Assembly (NCBI GenBank): GCA_024704765.1
Contig: JAKMXF010000357.1
Location: 62,001-126,000 of the forward strand
Source of the DNA: Oopsacas minuta
Lineage: Eukaryota > Animalia > Porifera
Direction of reading: 5' to 3'
Length of the DNA stretch: 64,000 nucleotides
How positions within the stretch are numbered: position 1 is the stretch's first letter; every line of letters begins with the position of its first letter. The position numbers and the translations under genes were made by a program. This document shows positions 1 through 12,972 of the stretch, one piece after another. The notes below the pieces were generated by a model. It did not search any database and was not told the origin of the DNA. It was given only the letters and a program-made list of their open reading frames with translations.

Positions 1-165
1 GAATAAATAGTAAACAAATTTCAAAATTGAGGTAGAATCATACTTTCAACGACTATCATGGGGTATTCGAGTATGCTGAGTCCGAATATGGTATTGTAAA
101 CAACATATTGTGAATATTTGTTTACTTTTAGGTACATAAAGTAAACAAAATTCAAAATTGAGGTT
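1..165. repeat. Dispersed/tandem repeat unit (CTGAGTCCGAATATGG...AAAATTGAGGTAGAATC), related copy at ~5610-5740
   Basis: GTAAACAAA(A)TTCAAAATTGAGGT occurs twice within 1-165, and the block aligns by eye with 5615-5735. Confidence 0.6.
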
Positions 166-379
166 ACATTGTTCTAAATATAGCTATATTATAATACTCA
201 AAGGGGTCGTTAATTTTGGAGATTAATCGATACATCGAGGCGCAATGGGCGAGTTCATCGCGAAGCGACGAGCCAAAGGCTCGTATACAAAATATTCGAA
301 TACGTAATCTAGGATTATAATCAGTGTAGAAAAGAAATTGGAATAGCCCGATGGCTGATCTTTGGCATGCGGGGGCTTT

Positions 380-870
380 TACGGCCTGGCGCGGAATGGT
401 CCAATTCTTGGACAAAAATTCACACCTATGACGAAAATATGACGTAATTGTCACCTCTTTGGACCTTCAAAACATCACATTATTAGCCACCATGATTTTG
501 ACCAAATACAACTCATCATGTGATTATTGAGTAATCATGATATCACAAAATATAATTTTATTGAAATTTAGAAATTTGGAGAAGTACTAAATTTAATTAA
601 CACTCATGGCAAGAAGTGCCGAGATCGATAATCAGAAGTCACGTAGAAGCTCTAGTGGTAATTACCACAAAATGCCATTAAAAGGAATTTTGATTTACCA
701 TAGATAATAACTTTCCGCTATTTGTGATTCCAAGGCATGTAGTGTCGAGTGTTCATCTGGTCGTAGCTACCAAAAGTACAAAGAAATTTGGCTCTTTAAA
801 AATCAAGCTTAATCTGAGACATTAAACTGACTCACCAGCGAACAAGCAAGCGAAGCACCCTACTATCCTA
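380..870 (-). repeat. Dispersed non-coding repeat family, possibly Helitron-like; other copies at ~24240-24740 (-), ~25600-26050 (+), ~31640-32010 (+)
   Basis: Shared blocks TTCGTCATAGGTGTGAA(A)TTT, GGTGACA(A/G)TTACG and GC(G)TACCTGTGATT. One end is GC-rich GCGAAGC..., ending CTAGT at 24735-24739. Confidence 0.45.
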
Positions 871-1282
871 TTACGCAGTTTTAGCCATTAATTTCATTTC
901 AAAAGCAGCTAAATTCAATCTGATTTTAAACAAATCTCAAGGATAAACCAAAATTAGGCAACTATGATTATGATTTATACAAAAACCGTTGAAAAGTCCG
1001 ATAGCACAGTAATATAAAGTTTGAACTTAACTAAGAGTTAAGAATTAACAAACCAAGTCACAATCAAAGCTTATCAATTATGCTATATATGGAAGTAATT
1101 CCTCGTAGATTGAGATGATCCATGGTAACAATAATTGGGGTAGTAAAATACTCATGTGAGGAATTCGTAGTACATCAGTTCAAACTGTAGGAACTTGATA
1201 TTTGTACTATTCTCAGTTATGTCTTCAAATTATATCACTCCCAATAAATCCCATTTGAACACAACAAGAGACAAAATAGATT

Positions 1283-1770
1283 CTACATTTCTGACGTACC
1301 ATGGATCATAATGTGGTACCAGCCTTTCAAGACAGAACCACGAGTGAGCGTACTCTGGTACGAAAAGTGTATAATACATACTTTTCGACACGCGATGAGC
1401 GACCACTTACCTTCATGACTGCAAATTTCGGAAACGGTAGATGTAATGTTCGTGAAATATAGGTTTAATGTAATGGGAATATTGTGCCTCGAATTAAAAG
1501 TGCCACTATTAAGCCACTGATAATAATAAACTAGTTTCAGCTCTACATAAGAACCACTTGAGCCGCATGCAGGCGGGAGGTTCATTATCATTATTTCACT
1601 ATTTTGAGGAGTATCAGTGGAAAATTGGTCGATTCATAAATAATTTCAAAATGGCAATAGTCAAATTTGATATCAGAATTTATATAGTTTACACAATCTG
1701 TAGCTGAATTACATGGAGTACAAGGTGAAATAACGGAAAAATGACAATATCCGTGCGGTAGCAAAATCAT
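1283..1770 (-). pseudogene. Possible frameshifted fragment of an unidentified Cys-containing protein
   Basis: The 1283-1591 ORF can be extended upstream (MILLPHGYCHFSVISPCTPCNSATDC...) across one frameshift near 1620. No family recognised. Confidence 0.2.
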
Positions 1771-2766
1771 ATTCTGGCGATGGATCTAAAACATATATAA
1801 AACTAACAGTAGCAATAAGGTGTTTTATGTTACTGAGATTCAGAAAGTGATAAACTCAAATAATTTGAATACGACAATATACATTCTTTGAGTCAACTCC
1901 GCTTAATTGGGAGTTAGGGCAACAGTTAATAGGGACGAATCTCCAGGTAGGGAATCATCTAGATCAAAATAAATCTAAAATTACTGTTAATCGGGACGAA
2001 CTCCGGTCGTAAGGTCATTAGGATGAAAATAGAAACTCAATCAAGAAGACATTCCTCAAATTCAATTATGATAGGTAGATGTACAATATTTCGTTATATA
2101 GTGAAAAATTTCGGGAGAATGTTTTGTCTTTTTACTAGTGAGTATTCTCCAGGACAGGGTAACCCTCGAAATAATTGATCCATAGCCGGGTGGTGGGTCG
2201 AATTTTCGGATATTTAGGTTTAAAGTACCTGGTACTTCCGTGCTGTCATGATCGGTTGTTCACTTAAAATACATGATATATATTTCCAAACAAGGAAGTG
2301 CAGTCTCTTTTAAACTATTCAAAAAGAGCCCAAAGCTGTGGTAGAAAATTTAGACCTAAAAATTTAGGGCAACTAGTTGCGTATAAACTTGTATACGTAT
2401 CTATTTCCTTTTTCCAACTTGACCACGCGAAATAGATAATACACTGGTTGCCTAATTACAAATATGAAACGACCCCGTTTGGATAAGGGTTTACAGCCCA
2501 AAGTGGCATGAAAGGGGAATTCTATATTAAAATTTAGGGCTGGAATTCTATAGTACGAGAAATTGGGACTTTATATTAAAATAAAATTCTAGGTGAGACT
2601 ACCACCCAAAATCAAGATGCTCGGCAGAAAAACCCACGAGAATCTACCCAAAAATATCAGAAAATTGGGTTGAAACATTACAGATTAATCATATATAAGC
2701 AAGCTTCGCTTTCTTCGCTGCGTGGATCACGAACAAATCGGGTGCTCTTGTATTCTTATTGAAATA

Positions 2767-2932
2767 TAGTGCCGTTCAAACATTACGTAACGAAAATTCC
2801 ATAATTATTGACACCCCCTCCCTGTGTCAAGCTTTGTTGGACCGTGTTATAATACAAAAGGAATGGAGCTGTCACATTTCACATACCACCCCCTCCCCCT
2901 TGTAGCGTGACGCAACATTTGAACAGCCCCTA
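2767..2932. mobile_element. Small MITE with imperfect TIRs
   Basis: Left TAGTGCCGTTCAAACATTACGTAACG versus reverse complement of right end TAGGGGCTGTTCAAATGTTGCGTCACG. Confidence 0.55.
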
Positions 2933-3540
2933 TTATTGATAGTATAGATATAGAGTATATGCAGTAGACATAAAGCATTATACGACTCAAAGTAGAGGTG
3001 CTATAGGCCACATTAATGAATCATTCATTCTACCTTATAAAGTTACGTTTCTGTAAAGTGGTCAATATTTAATTGTTTTTCAAGTTTGCCTTTGGCTAGT
3101 TTTTGCCATTTTGTCCGCCTTACTCGTTGAAATATATTTTGCATGTTTACAAGTGTATTCCTGTAAAATTTTCGTTTAATGTCCGCGGAATAATTATGTA
3201 AAAGATTAGATAAATTTAATTGGTCAATTAATAAAGAATAATAAACATAGTACATATATATACCATTGGCATTTTAATTAAATTATAACAAATATATTTA
3301 TTGTCCACAATATAGTGGTGGTTACATAGTGCAAAATTTCAATTAAGAAACCATAGCTACATGTTTGACAAATTGGAATTGAAAAATTCTCCGTATTATG
3401 AATTATTGAGTAATTTTTAGCATCCTAATTGGACTGGGTTAAAAGCGTGCCAAATGATAGGGTAATAAAACACAATAGGTAAACCCTCGAATCTGATAGG
3501 ATTTGACACCTATCTTAGAGAGTTTTCAAGATATCCCTTA

Positions 3541-4170
3541 GATCTGTTGTATGACAGATTTACTACCATGAATACTCTTTATCCATGACAGAGTTACTAC
3601 CTTACATGACAGAATTATTTCCCTTTGATCATGACATGAAATCGTATAACTCAACTCTTAGTTCTTATCACACTGATAATAATGCATTTCAATGATTACT
3701 TTGTTTCTGCTCTAGAGTTATATTACATACTAGGCATAAGGAAGATAATTTTAGATTTTCGTAAGAATCATTTTCTTCCACGTATTTTATATAGAAATTG
3801 GACTGAGTTCGCTGTGTCCGGATGGTCAATTAATTGTCTAACGTATCTGTTGTAATTCATCAAATTCATATTATATTTTATAATATATATTGCTATCATA
3901 TTTAGTAAAGTGACAATTTCGAAATAAATGAAGTAAGTAGACGTATTACTATTAATATTACTCTAGAGCAGAAAGAAATGAACCACTGAAAATGCATTAT
4001 TATCAGTGTGATAAGATCTAAGAGTTGAGTTATACGATTTCATGTCATAATCGAAGGGTAATAACTCTGTCATGTAAGGTAATAACTCTGTCATGGATAA
4101 AGAGTATCCATGGTACCAATAATAGATGTAGTAAAACTGTCATGGTAGTAAATCTGTCACACAACAGATC
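3541..4170. mobile_element. Foldback MITE, ~190-bp TIRs with internal tandem subrepeats, TTA flanks
   Basis: GATCTGTTGT...CTCTAGAGT (3541-~3720) is inverted at ~3960-4170 (ACTCTAGAG...ACAACAGATC). Subrepeat CTCTGTCATG(G)TA. TTA on both sides. Confidence 0.85.
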
Positions 4171-7100
4171 TTAAAAATTCCACACACATGCCAAATTCAA
4201 GTCTCTAGCTCTTACCAGTTCCTCAATCTATTCCGGACAAAAAAAACATTGACAAATTATAGGACAGATTGATGTTGAAAGGGCACGATTTGGAGGGGTC
4301 GAAGTGTAAAAATTCGGTAAGTATTGGGTAATTGTTCACGGGGTGGATATATCAAAAACTCTATTTTTCAATGAAGTCACATATGGTCAGTACCTTTTAC
4401 AAGTGACCCCCCCTTGTATTCTCAGCATCGTTTCACGGATGGCATCAAACGATACACATATTACAAAGTTTGTACTTTAGGAAATAACTAGACCATATAC
4501 TGATTATTTTGCTATAGGGAGCTGGGACTGCAAAATAGAGAAGGGCTGGTATATAGTCTCGTATGCATGATAGTGCCACTATAATATAAGAATACTATTC
4601 TGCAGTGGCGTAGCGAGGCTTGGCAGGCTACTGACACCCGGTTGCCACATGTGTGGGGCAGGTGGCTTGAGATTTGGGCATGTGGTGCGACATTACATGG
4701 CTCAATGTAAATACTGGAGTACATTCAACATCGTTTAGTATGATCAAAAATATAAATTTACATAGGCAGGTTAGATGAGTCGAATAGACGTAAATCTAAG
4801 GAAACGTGGCAGGACTGGTCCAGCCTCAATTCAGGGCTTGCCAGATCGTGGGAAACAAATATTGAAGGGGACTACCTGAGGGTACTAGTAAGCACAATAT
4901 TCGATGTAATTAATAGTTTAACATAATACAGACACCACCTGATTATCTGTACACCTTCGTCTTTGAATTTCAAGTATGGTGTTCGGATTACTGAAAGTGT
5001 ATTTTGATGCATGAAATTCTACGGAATGATACATGAATATTTGGATTTTGCAATTTAGTATATTTTATTGCATATTCATGCTACTAAGGCCTAATACTAC
5101 GATAGCTTTCAAAAACTAATACTAGAGTAGTCAGAAGCTCCAAAATTGTACAATTTTCACAAACTAAACAACCTTCCTGCTGTTCGGATAACCAAGGTGT
5201 CGTGGATAATCGAGGGTCTACTGCATATAAAATCAATTTATGATAGATTTCACCTTTTGTGAGAACTCGGCTGCTCCTCCTGGCTGTAATTCTGCTACGG
5301 CGGGGGGCACTTTGAGGTCACTCCCTCCAACTAACTTCAGCCCGAAATTCTTGTTAATTCTATTCAGCTGTATTACTTTAGTTCGATGTCTACCTCTTGG
5401 CATAGCTAATTACAAGAAATATATCACATCATATAAGATATTATAATATATATGAACCAGACTACTAGAGGGTAGACACTAGCCAGCCTCGTAATCGATG
5501 GTGGGTAAGGTGATAAAAATCTACTCAATTTGTTTTCAGGCTAAATACTTAGTTTATCAATTCTATGTTACTTTGCCATATCTATAATATATATTGATAA
5601 TTTGATTAAGCGAGTATACTGAGTCCTAATATGGAATTGTAAACAGCATGTTGTGAATGTTTATTTACTTTTGGATAGATAAAATACGCAAAAATCAAAA
5701 GTGAGGTAGAATCATACTTTCAGCGAATATACTGATGTATTCGAGTCTTAAAATTTTGGAACACGAAGAGATCTAGTATCGGGGCGTCCCTAATCCACGG
5801 AACGGACAAGTATTTCTGGAAGAAATTCAAATTTGTTGTTCATTACACATTTTGCATTGAAAACCCAGAATTTTGTTTCATGATGGATGTCAAGCATTTT
5901 TTTGACATTTAACGTTGGTGGTAATCAATTTTCTCAATCTTGTAGCAAATCAATAATATATCTAATAACACCAATAATTAAATTTTATTTTATTCTAATC
6001 GTGAATATTATAAGACCACTTATCGGCTGGATTACTACCTCCCTCTAGCCAAGAGAAGGAGGTCGAAACTTAGAGAGGGAATGTTTCTAGGCGGAATTTC
6101 TTAAATATTGGATAAATGGATACAAATTTAACATATTGATTACCATTGACGTGGAATACAAATACTTGACAACTATTGTTCTACATTGTTTTGTGGTTTT
6201 CAAGGTCAAAGATGTGTCAAGCGAAATTTGAAATTTCTTCAAGTAAAACTTGTATGTTACGTTTCGTGATTTATGGGAGCTCTAATAATGAGGTAATTTA
6301 GGATCATGATGTGTACTTTTAGTTATATGCTAATATTAATATTAAAAAGTACTCTACGCGTAGATTAGGTAAGCGCGCTGGAAATTTTTGTTATTTACAA
6401 TGTGAATTTGATTTTTGTTTCTTTACCAACAATTATTATTTACGTGATTAGTGTATTTTGTATTATTGTTAAGGTTTCAGGGAAAACAACTGATAAAATG
6501 AATAATTTATTAGTCTAATAAATAATTCTAATATGTTCAACTAACACACTAAAGCAATGCTTGACAATTGAGGTATGTATAGGTTACAAAAGACATTTCT
6601 TCGGTCTCCACTCAACTCAGTCTCTCAAAATTACAAAACTTCGTCAAGTGCTGGTTGAACAGGGAGAATATTCTGGAAATTTTATGAATTCATGACCAAA
6701 ATGGTCACATAATTTTCATTTTTTCTCAATATGAACACAACATCAATTTGCCATAATGGCTTATATTGCAAACTTTCCTCATCGGGTCAGAGCTCACAGT
6801 AGGACACAGTCAAGATTTCATTGTCACGCGAAAACATCACTAAAATGTGCTCAGTGAAGGCATAAGTGTGTGATGGTAGGAATTATAGTTTTTTCGAACG
6901 AAAAGAGCGATTAAAACATAACATTCTGGTGTCAGGAAATATTGTGCTCCTTCCAAGGAGATATGTGGCGAAGGTTAGAAGGAATATCCTTCACAAAGAT
7001 CTTATCCTTAAAATCCGGACAAATTCTTCCCTAATCTGACCGAGTTAAACCTGCACGTCTGGCAACCCTAACATATAGGCATTTAACTCCCTACATTAGT

Positions 7101-7790
7101 TAATTCTGTTCAACTGTAACTATTTGTTACCGTTGACTTGGGTTCAACCTGACCACTTTCATCCAGGGGGCTTCGACCCTGATATAACCATATTACACAA
7201 TATACAACTAAATCAAGATTTTGTGATATATTTAATAACAAGTACTATCACTTGGATCGGCATAATTGACTTAAGCCCATTTCAGGAGCTTACTGCGTTT
7301 GATGCTGGGAGTGTGATGGCTAACTATATAGCTTAGCGCAGCGGTGGGCAACGCGGGGCCCGTGAGACCAAATTTTGACTTCTAGGGCACGCTGACCTCT
7401 TTTCAAACTCTCTATATAGGGCCGCCTGGGTATAGTTTAGCTCTTGGTAAATCTACTGATATCTGTGATGTTGCTCAGTTATGTGCATGGCTACGATACG
7501 TTGATAGTGATTTGTCATGAAGAATTGTTAAGTTTGGAAGGAATGCAGTATAGGACTCTAGGCGAAGAATAAATTCATGGACGGATTCAATTCAGAATTA
7601 ATTCCTTTAATTCCCATTCCGAAGTCAAATTTTCGGACTTAATTCTCATTCTCAGCTCTTTAAATTCAGGAATCAAGGACTTAATTCCCATTCCCATTGT
7701 GAATGGGAATGGAGCTTGAAACATAAATCCCAATTCCATTAATGAATTGAACCCATTACTGGCACTGAGGATGTTACAGCAATGTTAAGC

Positions 7791-8665
7791 CATAGCCTAC
7801 TAAATATATGGCCTACTAATAAAATACGAGGGATGCAGTATTAGTTGAGGGGTCGCGCCGTTAGTCCAAATTCGTATGTATGCATTAGTCCAAATTTTTG
7901 GTGATGTTTGCGTGAGTTGGATCTGGAGCAGGCTATGAGTTGCTGAGAGTATTTAGAACTCGCGTTAGAAGGTGGTAGAATTTGCATTTTCATGGATTAT
8001 CTAGCTAGATTGGCGTGAGCTGAGAAGATGAGCATTTCAGTAGACTATTTGGATAACTGGTGTGGTGTTAGATTGGATTCTAGTTGGATTTGGAGCAGGC
8101 TGTGAGTTGCTGAGAGTATTTAGATTTAACACAACAAAAGTAAATGATTATATTTCCTCACGACGAAAATTCCCCGTGAATGCATGCATTCGACGACCAA
8201 AATATTGACTAGTACCGATTTTTATCTTTAGACTAACGCAAACATCACCAAAAATTGGACTAATACCGATTTTGATATTTGGACTAACGCATGCTCCCCT
8301 AAAAAAATTCGTCATCCATGGTCTCTACCGTAACTCAGCAACGAGCCAACTTTTGAGTGACAAATTTCTGACATATTTATCGTCTATGGATCATTTCATT
8401 TATTCACCTTTGAGTTGTTTAATGCAATATTTAACGTTCTACAAGGCAACAAAGAATTATATATATTACTAAATTAATGCTTAGTAGACACATATACCGA
8501 CACATTCCTGAAATATTTTAAATTTTATTTGTATAAAAATTGATGTCCTACATTATGCATTTTTCTGCAACAAAGAAATCATGTCTATAAATGCTTTCAT
8601 CTTATACTGCATCCCCGGTGCCAAAATATCGAGTCACTGTTAGGCCTTATGTTTAGTAGGCTATG
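7791..8665. mobile_element. Non-autonomous P-like element (CATAGCCTACTAAA TIR)
   Basis: CATAGCCTACTAAATAT at 7791 and ATGTTTAGTAGGCTATG ending 8665. 7-bp flanks GTTAAGC/GTTAAAC. Internal secondary inverted repeat at ~7860-7915/8225-8290. Confidence 0.8.
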
Positions 8666-9149
8666 GTTAAACCAAAATTTGACTCAAAATAACCTTGTAA
8701 TTAACAGTGGCGGCGCTAGCGCGCAGCCACTGATGAGACTAAATCGGGCTGAGATTTTCTTGTATGGGGCTGGCACAGCTTGCTCTTCTTTTGAGAAAAT
8801 AATAATGTGTACTTAAATATCAAACTAATAATTGATTAAGAAAGTTTCGTTTCTAGAAATATATGTAATAGAAGCAGGAACATTATTCACTATTGACTGT
8901 TCAATACTTATTAAAAGTATTTTCAAAATACTTTACAAGTGAAATGGATAAATAAATACATCAGCTCAATGGAATCCTCTGATCTACAGTCTTATCGAAA
9001 TTGTCCACCATCTCATCCATATCTATTTTGGATGCACGAGTCCTATTGATTGACAAAGTCGAGGTCTCCCAGTCTATCATCATCCATAGTGCTACGAAGA
9101 TACGTCTTGACACGTTTCATACAAGAGAATGATCTTTCATTCTCAGCTG

Positions 9150-11130
9150 TTGTAACAGGGATGGTACATGCTATCTGGTAGGCCTTGTAGGGCCTGTGTA
9201 GACCATTATGTGTGGCTCGATGAAGTTAATGACCTCTAACATCGTTTTCAACTGTGGATTAGCCTTTCTATATTGATTGGAGAACATAGTAAATTCGCTA
9301 CTTAGCAATTCCTCATTCAGATGATAGTGCTCAATAAAGGACTTTATTGCAATGCATCTTAAGGAAATCATCAGATGTGGGAATCAAAGATGACATCGAC
9401 AAAGAACGGAACACGTGTCCTTGCTGAAACGTCTATCAAGTTCAGCTATGAAGAGTAAACAACTGGATCGAATTATCTCACTTTGTAGTCCGATTTACCC
9501 ACACTCTAGAATTGACAGCATCATCTCTACATACTCGACGGCGTTTTTTGATCGGCTGCGGTATCGCGTGTTCATTTAAGAATCCCTTTGCGGTATCCCA
9601 GGTTTCATAAAATAAATCCTTGCCAGAGAGAGAATCTTGAGTGCATCAATGTGATTAACTGCAATGCCAATATCCATGTGTTTATCATGCATATAGTTCG
9701 CCGAATATGAAGTTAGTGTCAGAACTTTTCTGAATAATTGAAGACAGACCACAAAGTCGGTATCGATAAAATTGGCGATACCTTGCGCTGCAGCTCTTCT
9801 ATCGGCGTTGGTATCTTCAGCAAAATGCTCAGCAGCAATGATTGCTCCTAAAGTATGCGCCACAACAGAGTAAGCCTCGGGTGACAGCACCAACGAGTTT
9901 TGGATAACGATTTCAATTCACGATGTTGCGCCTCATGTCTACCCAGGACTTTCTGCGGTATCTCGAAAAAATCATGTGGAACTGAATTTGAGAAGAATGT
10001 GTAGAGCAGTTGAATGCTCGCAAAAAATGACACAGTTTTGTCGATATTTGGGAGCAAGCAACTACTACTAAGTTGAGCCTGTGTGCCCAGCAATGCACAT
10101 ATAAGGCCATCGGGCATACTTTAGTCCTCATAAGTGCTTGTAGACCATGTAGTCGTCCATTCATTGTTGAAGCACCATCATAACACTAGCAACCATATGA
10201 TCACGAGAGCAGACACCCATAACTGCCAGCACATGACTCAGCTTTTCCATGATCGAATTCGCGTCTAACCCCTCTGCTCTGATAAAGTTGAAGAAATCTT
10301 CGTGCAACACCCTCCAAACATATCTTACACAAACGGATATTTGTTCAATTTTCCCACAATCTCTAGATTCGTCCGCCAATAAAAAAAAAACACTTGAATA
10401 GACAATATCGAATCCTGGATGGAGTGATGAACGTACTGAGCATTTCTAGGTCCATTGAGTTTTTCTTTGATAACCTTGTCGTGGACACCAAACGCAGTAA
10501 GAATTTCGAGAAAATTCCCTGTTTCGAGATCTGCAGTTGAACTCAGGGTCAATGAATTCACCCATATCATCCACCAATCTTCCCTCACCGTGACCTCTGA
10601 GAGGAAGGTCTTATACAGGACAGAGAGTGATTACCTGACCTACTGTTTTTATATAGTGCCGATTATCTCGAACATTTTGCACGCTCAGTGCTCCACTATG
10701 ACCTCAATGCTTCCGGTACGAAGATTACCTTTGTATCCTGACCATTTGAGCATTGAATCATGATGAGATAACGACTCCTCATGAAGTTTGATGCCTTTTT
10801 TTCTCCATCGCAATTTTACAATTGTCAAAACCGAGAGAAGTCCACTTTGACTCATGACCAGCACCAGCTACCTGAAATAACCTAAAGGATAGCAAATCAT
10901 GGCATCGATTATTTGAGAATTCTCAAGCCCAGGTCTTCCAATGTACCACCTTTTATGAAAGCAACGCATCTGACCGCCTAACATGGTTTGCTTATAAGTG
11001 CTAACTTCGGCTGTCTCGGATCCTCAGACAGATTCTGTGCAATATCTGGGACGCCCTCCACAGAGACATCCAACGCCGTTTTTGTACGTTTAGTTAGAGT
11101 TGTGAGAGTAAATATCTTCTGGATGTTCAA
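9150..11130 (-). pseudogene. Decayed hAT transposase, ZMYM1-like/TTF-zinc-finger type
   Basis: Fragments LADESRDCGKIEQISVCVRYV, YVHCWAHRLNLVV, KSLSKTRWCC, YVHHSIQDSILSI; many stops and frameshifts. Confidence 0.85.
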
Positions 11131-11844
11131 TTATTAAATCTTCCACTTCAAATTCCTGAGTTGCTTCTGCCTGGTCCGCTTCAATCTCATCATGCTTTCT
11201 CTTTACAAAGGAATCCATTGAATATGAAATGTAGCAATAAGTATTTGTAGTAAAGCTAAAAATATATATTAATAATGTATAATGTTAATTCCCTTTTATA
11301 CAATCGATTATGAATCAGCGTCTTAATTACACATTGTATTTTATTACGGTAGCAATAATTGCCTCATTATTGGTTAACTTTCATCAACCTAGATCTTAGA
11401 AGAATTCACAATTTACATGATTAGAAATTCACAATTTGTGACATAAATTCGTGACACAACAATTGGTGACATTACAATGATTTGGTACCTTCTCCAACTT
11501 AGATCTTATCAATAATCAATAATTTTCCATAATAATCAATTCACAATTGAGGAATCAATATTTTGCTAATTTAATATTCGTAATGCTACTTAATATGTTT
11601 TTGGAGCAGTTATGTAGGATGGAATTGCGTCAATTTAATCAACCAAGATTGTCAATAGAAGAAGAACCAGAACCTATTACAACATGGGTCGATATCTCTA
11701 ACGGACAATCAGCTAAGGTGTAAAGATTTTGAACATATTTCTGATGCATTAAACTTTCTCCAAAATCCAATTCAAATTCCTTTATCGAAGGTGGAAAATT
11801 TGGCTCGAATATTCAGCCTGGATTGTACGAGATTAGAGATTGAT

Positions 11845-12829
11845 CATAGCCTACTATACATAAGGAAATATGGACCTCCCCGATCTACTGTGAAAATGGT
11901 TATTTCTTCTTTTTATTGCCAAATATGGTCAAATCTAGTCTACCAAACATAAGACTACATATTATTAAAAGAATTTGGGACTATGGTGCGATTACAGGAT
12001 GGATTTATTAATGAACCACAATGTTAAATATTTAATTTATTATCTAACCAAAACAAACGAAAATTCAGTTTAATATATAAATAAATTAAAAAATATATAC
12101 TCAGTTGTGTTCGAATTCTGTCACTCCTGATCTTTTTCTTTGTGTTTATGCTTGTATTATCCGTATTAAATTAATTTATTAACTTTTTTCTGCTTAGTTT
12201 AGCATTTTACCACTGTTGAGTGTTGATAGCTGCTATCAATTATGCCTAATTGCTGCTCCGCTCCTGGGTGCAAAAGCAACTACAAATCTACCCATGAACT
12301 GTACCCTTATTCAAATTACCTAATCAACCACCTGAACTCAGACATTCTTAGATTAGGGGTCTTCGGAGGGATAATGTAGATGAATTGAAGTCTGTTTGTG
12401 TTTGTGTTAAACATTGTCACGGGGAGGATGTAGAATACAGTCACAAAGTTCCAACTGGAGATGGAACCTTTCGTGAAATCCCTCGAATCATCCCCAAGCT
12501 GAAAGATGGCGCTATACCAGTGTTTGTACTAGGTTGTCCATCGTACTACCAATCTAATACTAAGCGCAGGCGTCCTCTAGAATTAAGAGAAGATGAACTA
12601 TTCTACCAAACTTTGACACTAAGCTTGAAATCAGAAGCTGAAGAGATAGATAAGTTCAAAATTCGCAGTTGTCCCGATATTTCAGACAAATTACCTTTGC
12701 TTTCCTTGTCTAAAACATGGTCATTATGGCATCCTGAGCCAAATACTATTGTTTTTATCCCCCGTCTTGTAAATACTGATATACTTGTAAATATGTACTT
12801 GATAGTACATTCCGATCTATCTGTTATAG
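11845..12829 (+). mobile_element. P/THAP element, left half (TIR plus THAP-domain remnant)
   Basis: TIR CATAGCCTACTATACATAAGG at 11845. THAP motifs MPNCCSAPGCKSNY (ATG 12242) and VCVKH...PKLKDGAIPVF (12385 ORF). Interrupted at 12830 by a hAT TIR. Confidence 0.85.
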
Positions 12830-12972
12830 CAGGGGTGGCCAACTTTTTACAATCTGGGGGCCAGATTTAGTTATTTGGAGAACTCGGCGGGCCTCGCTAA
12901 TCCAAGTGCCCTCAATATGTTTAACGTTTATTATATAAAATTTTGGCAAGGGGAATAAACGTTTATTGTACT

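Noticed and set aside
164-454. 96-aa ORF
   Set aside because: Overlaps a non-coding dispersed repeat; no protein features.
1895-2010. CRISPR-like short repeats (TTAATCGGGACGAA; similar clusters at 32085-32800)
   Set aside because: Irregular spacing and variable units; these are subterminal repeats of pogo-like MITEs in a eukaryotic context.
11837-11844. TSD for the split P element
   Set aside because: Left flank AGATTGAT does not match right flank ACCTAACC; kept as a caveat to the nesting model.
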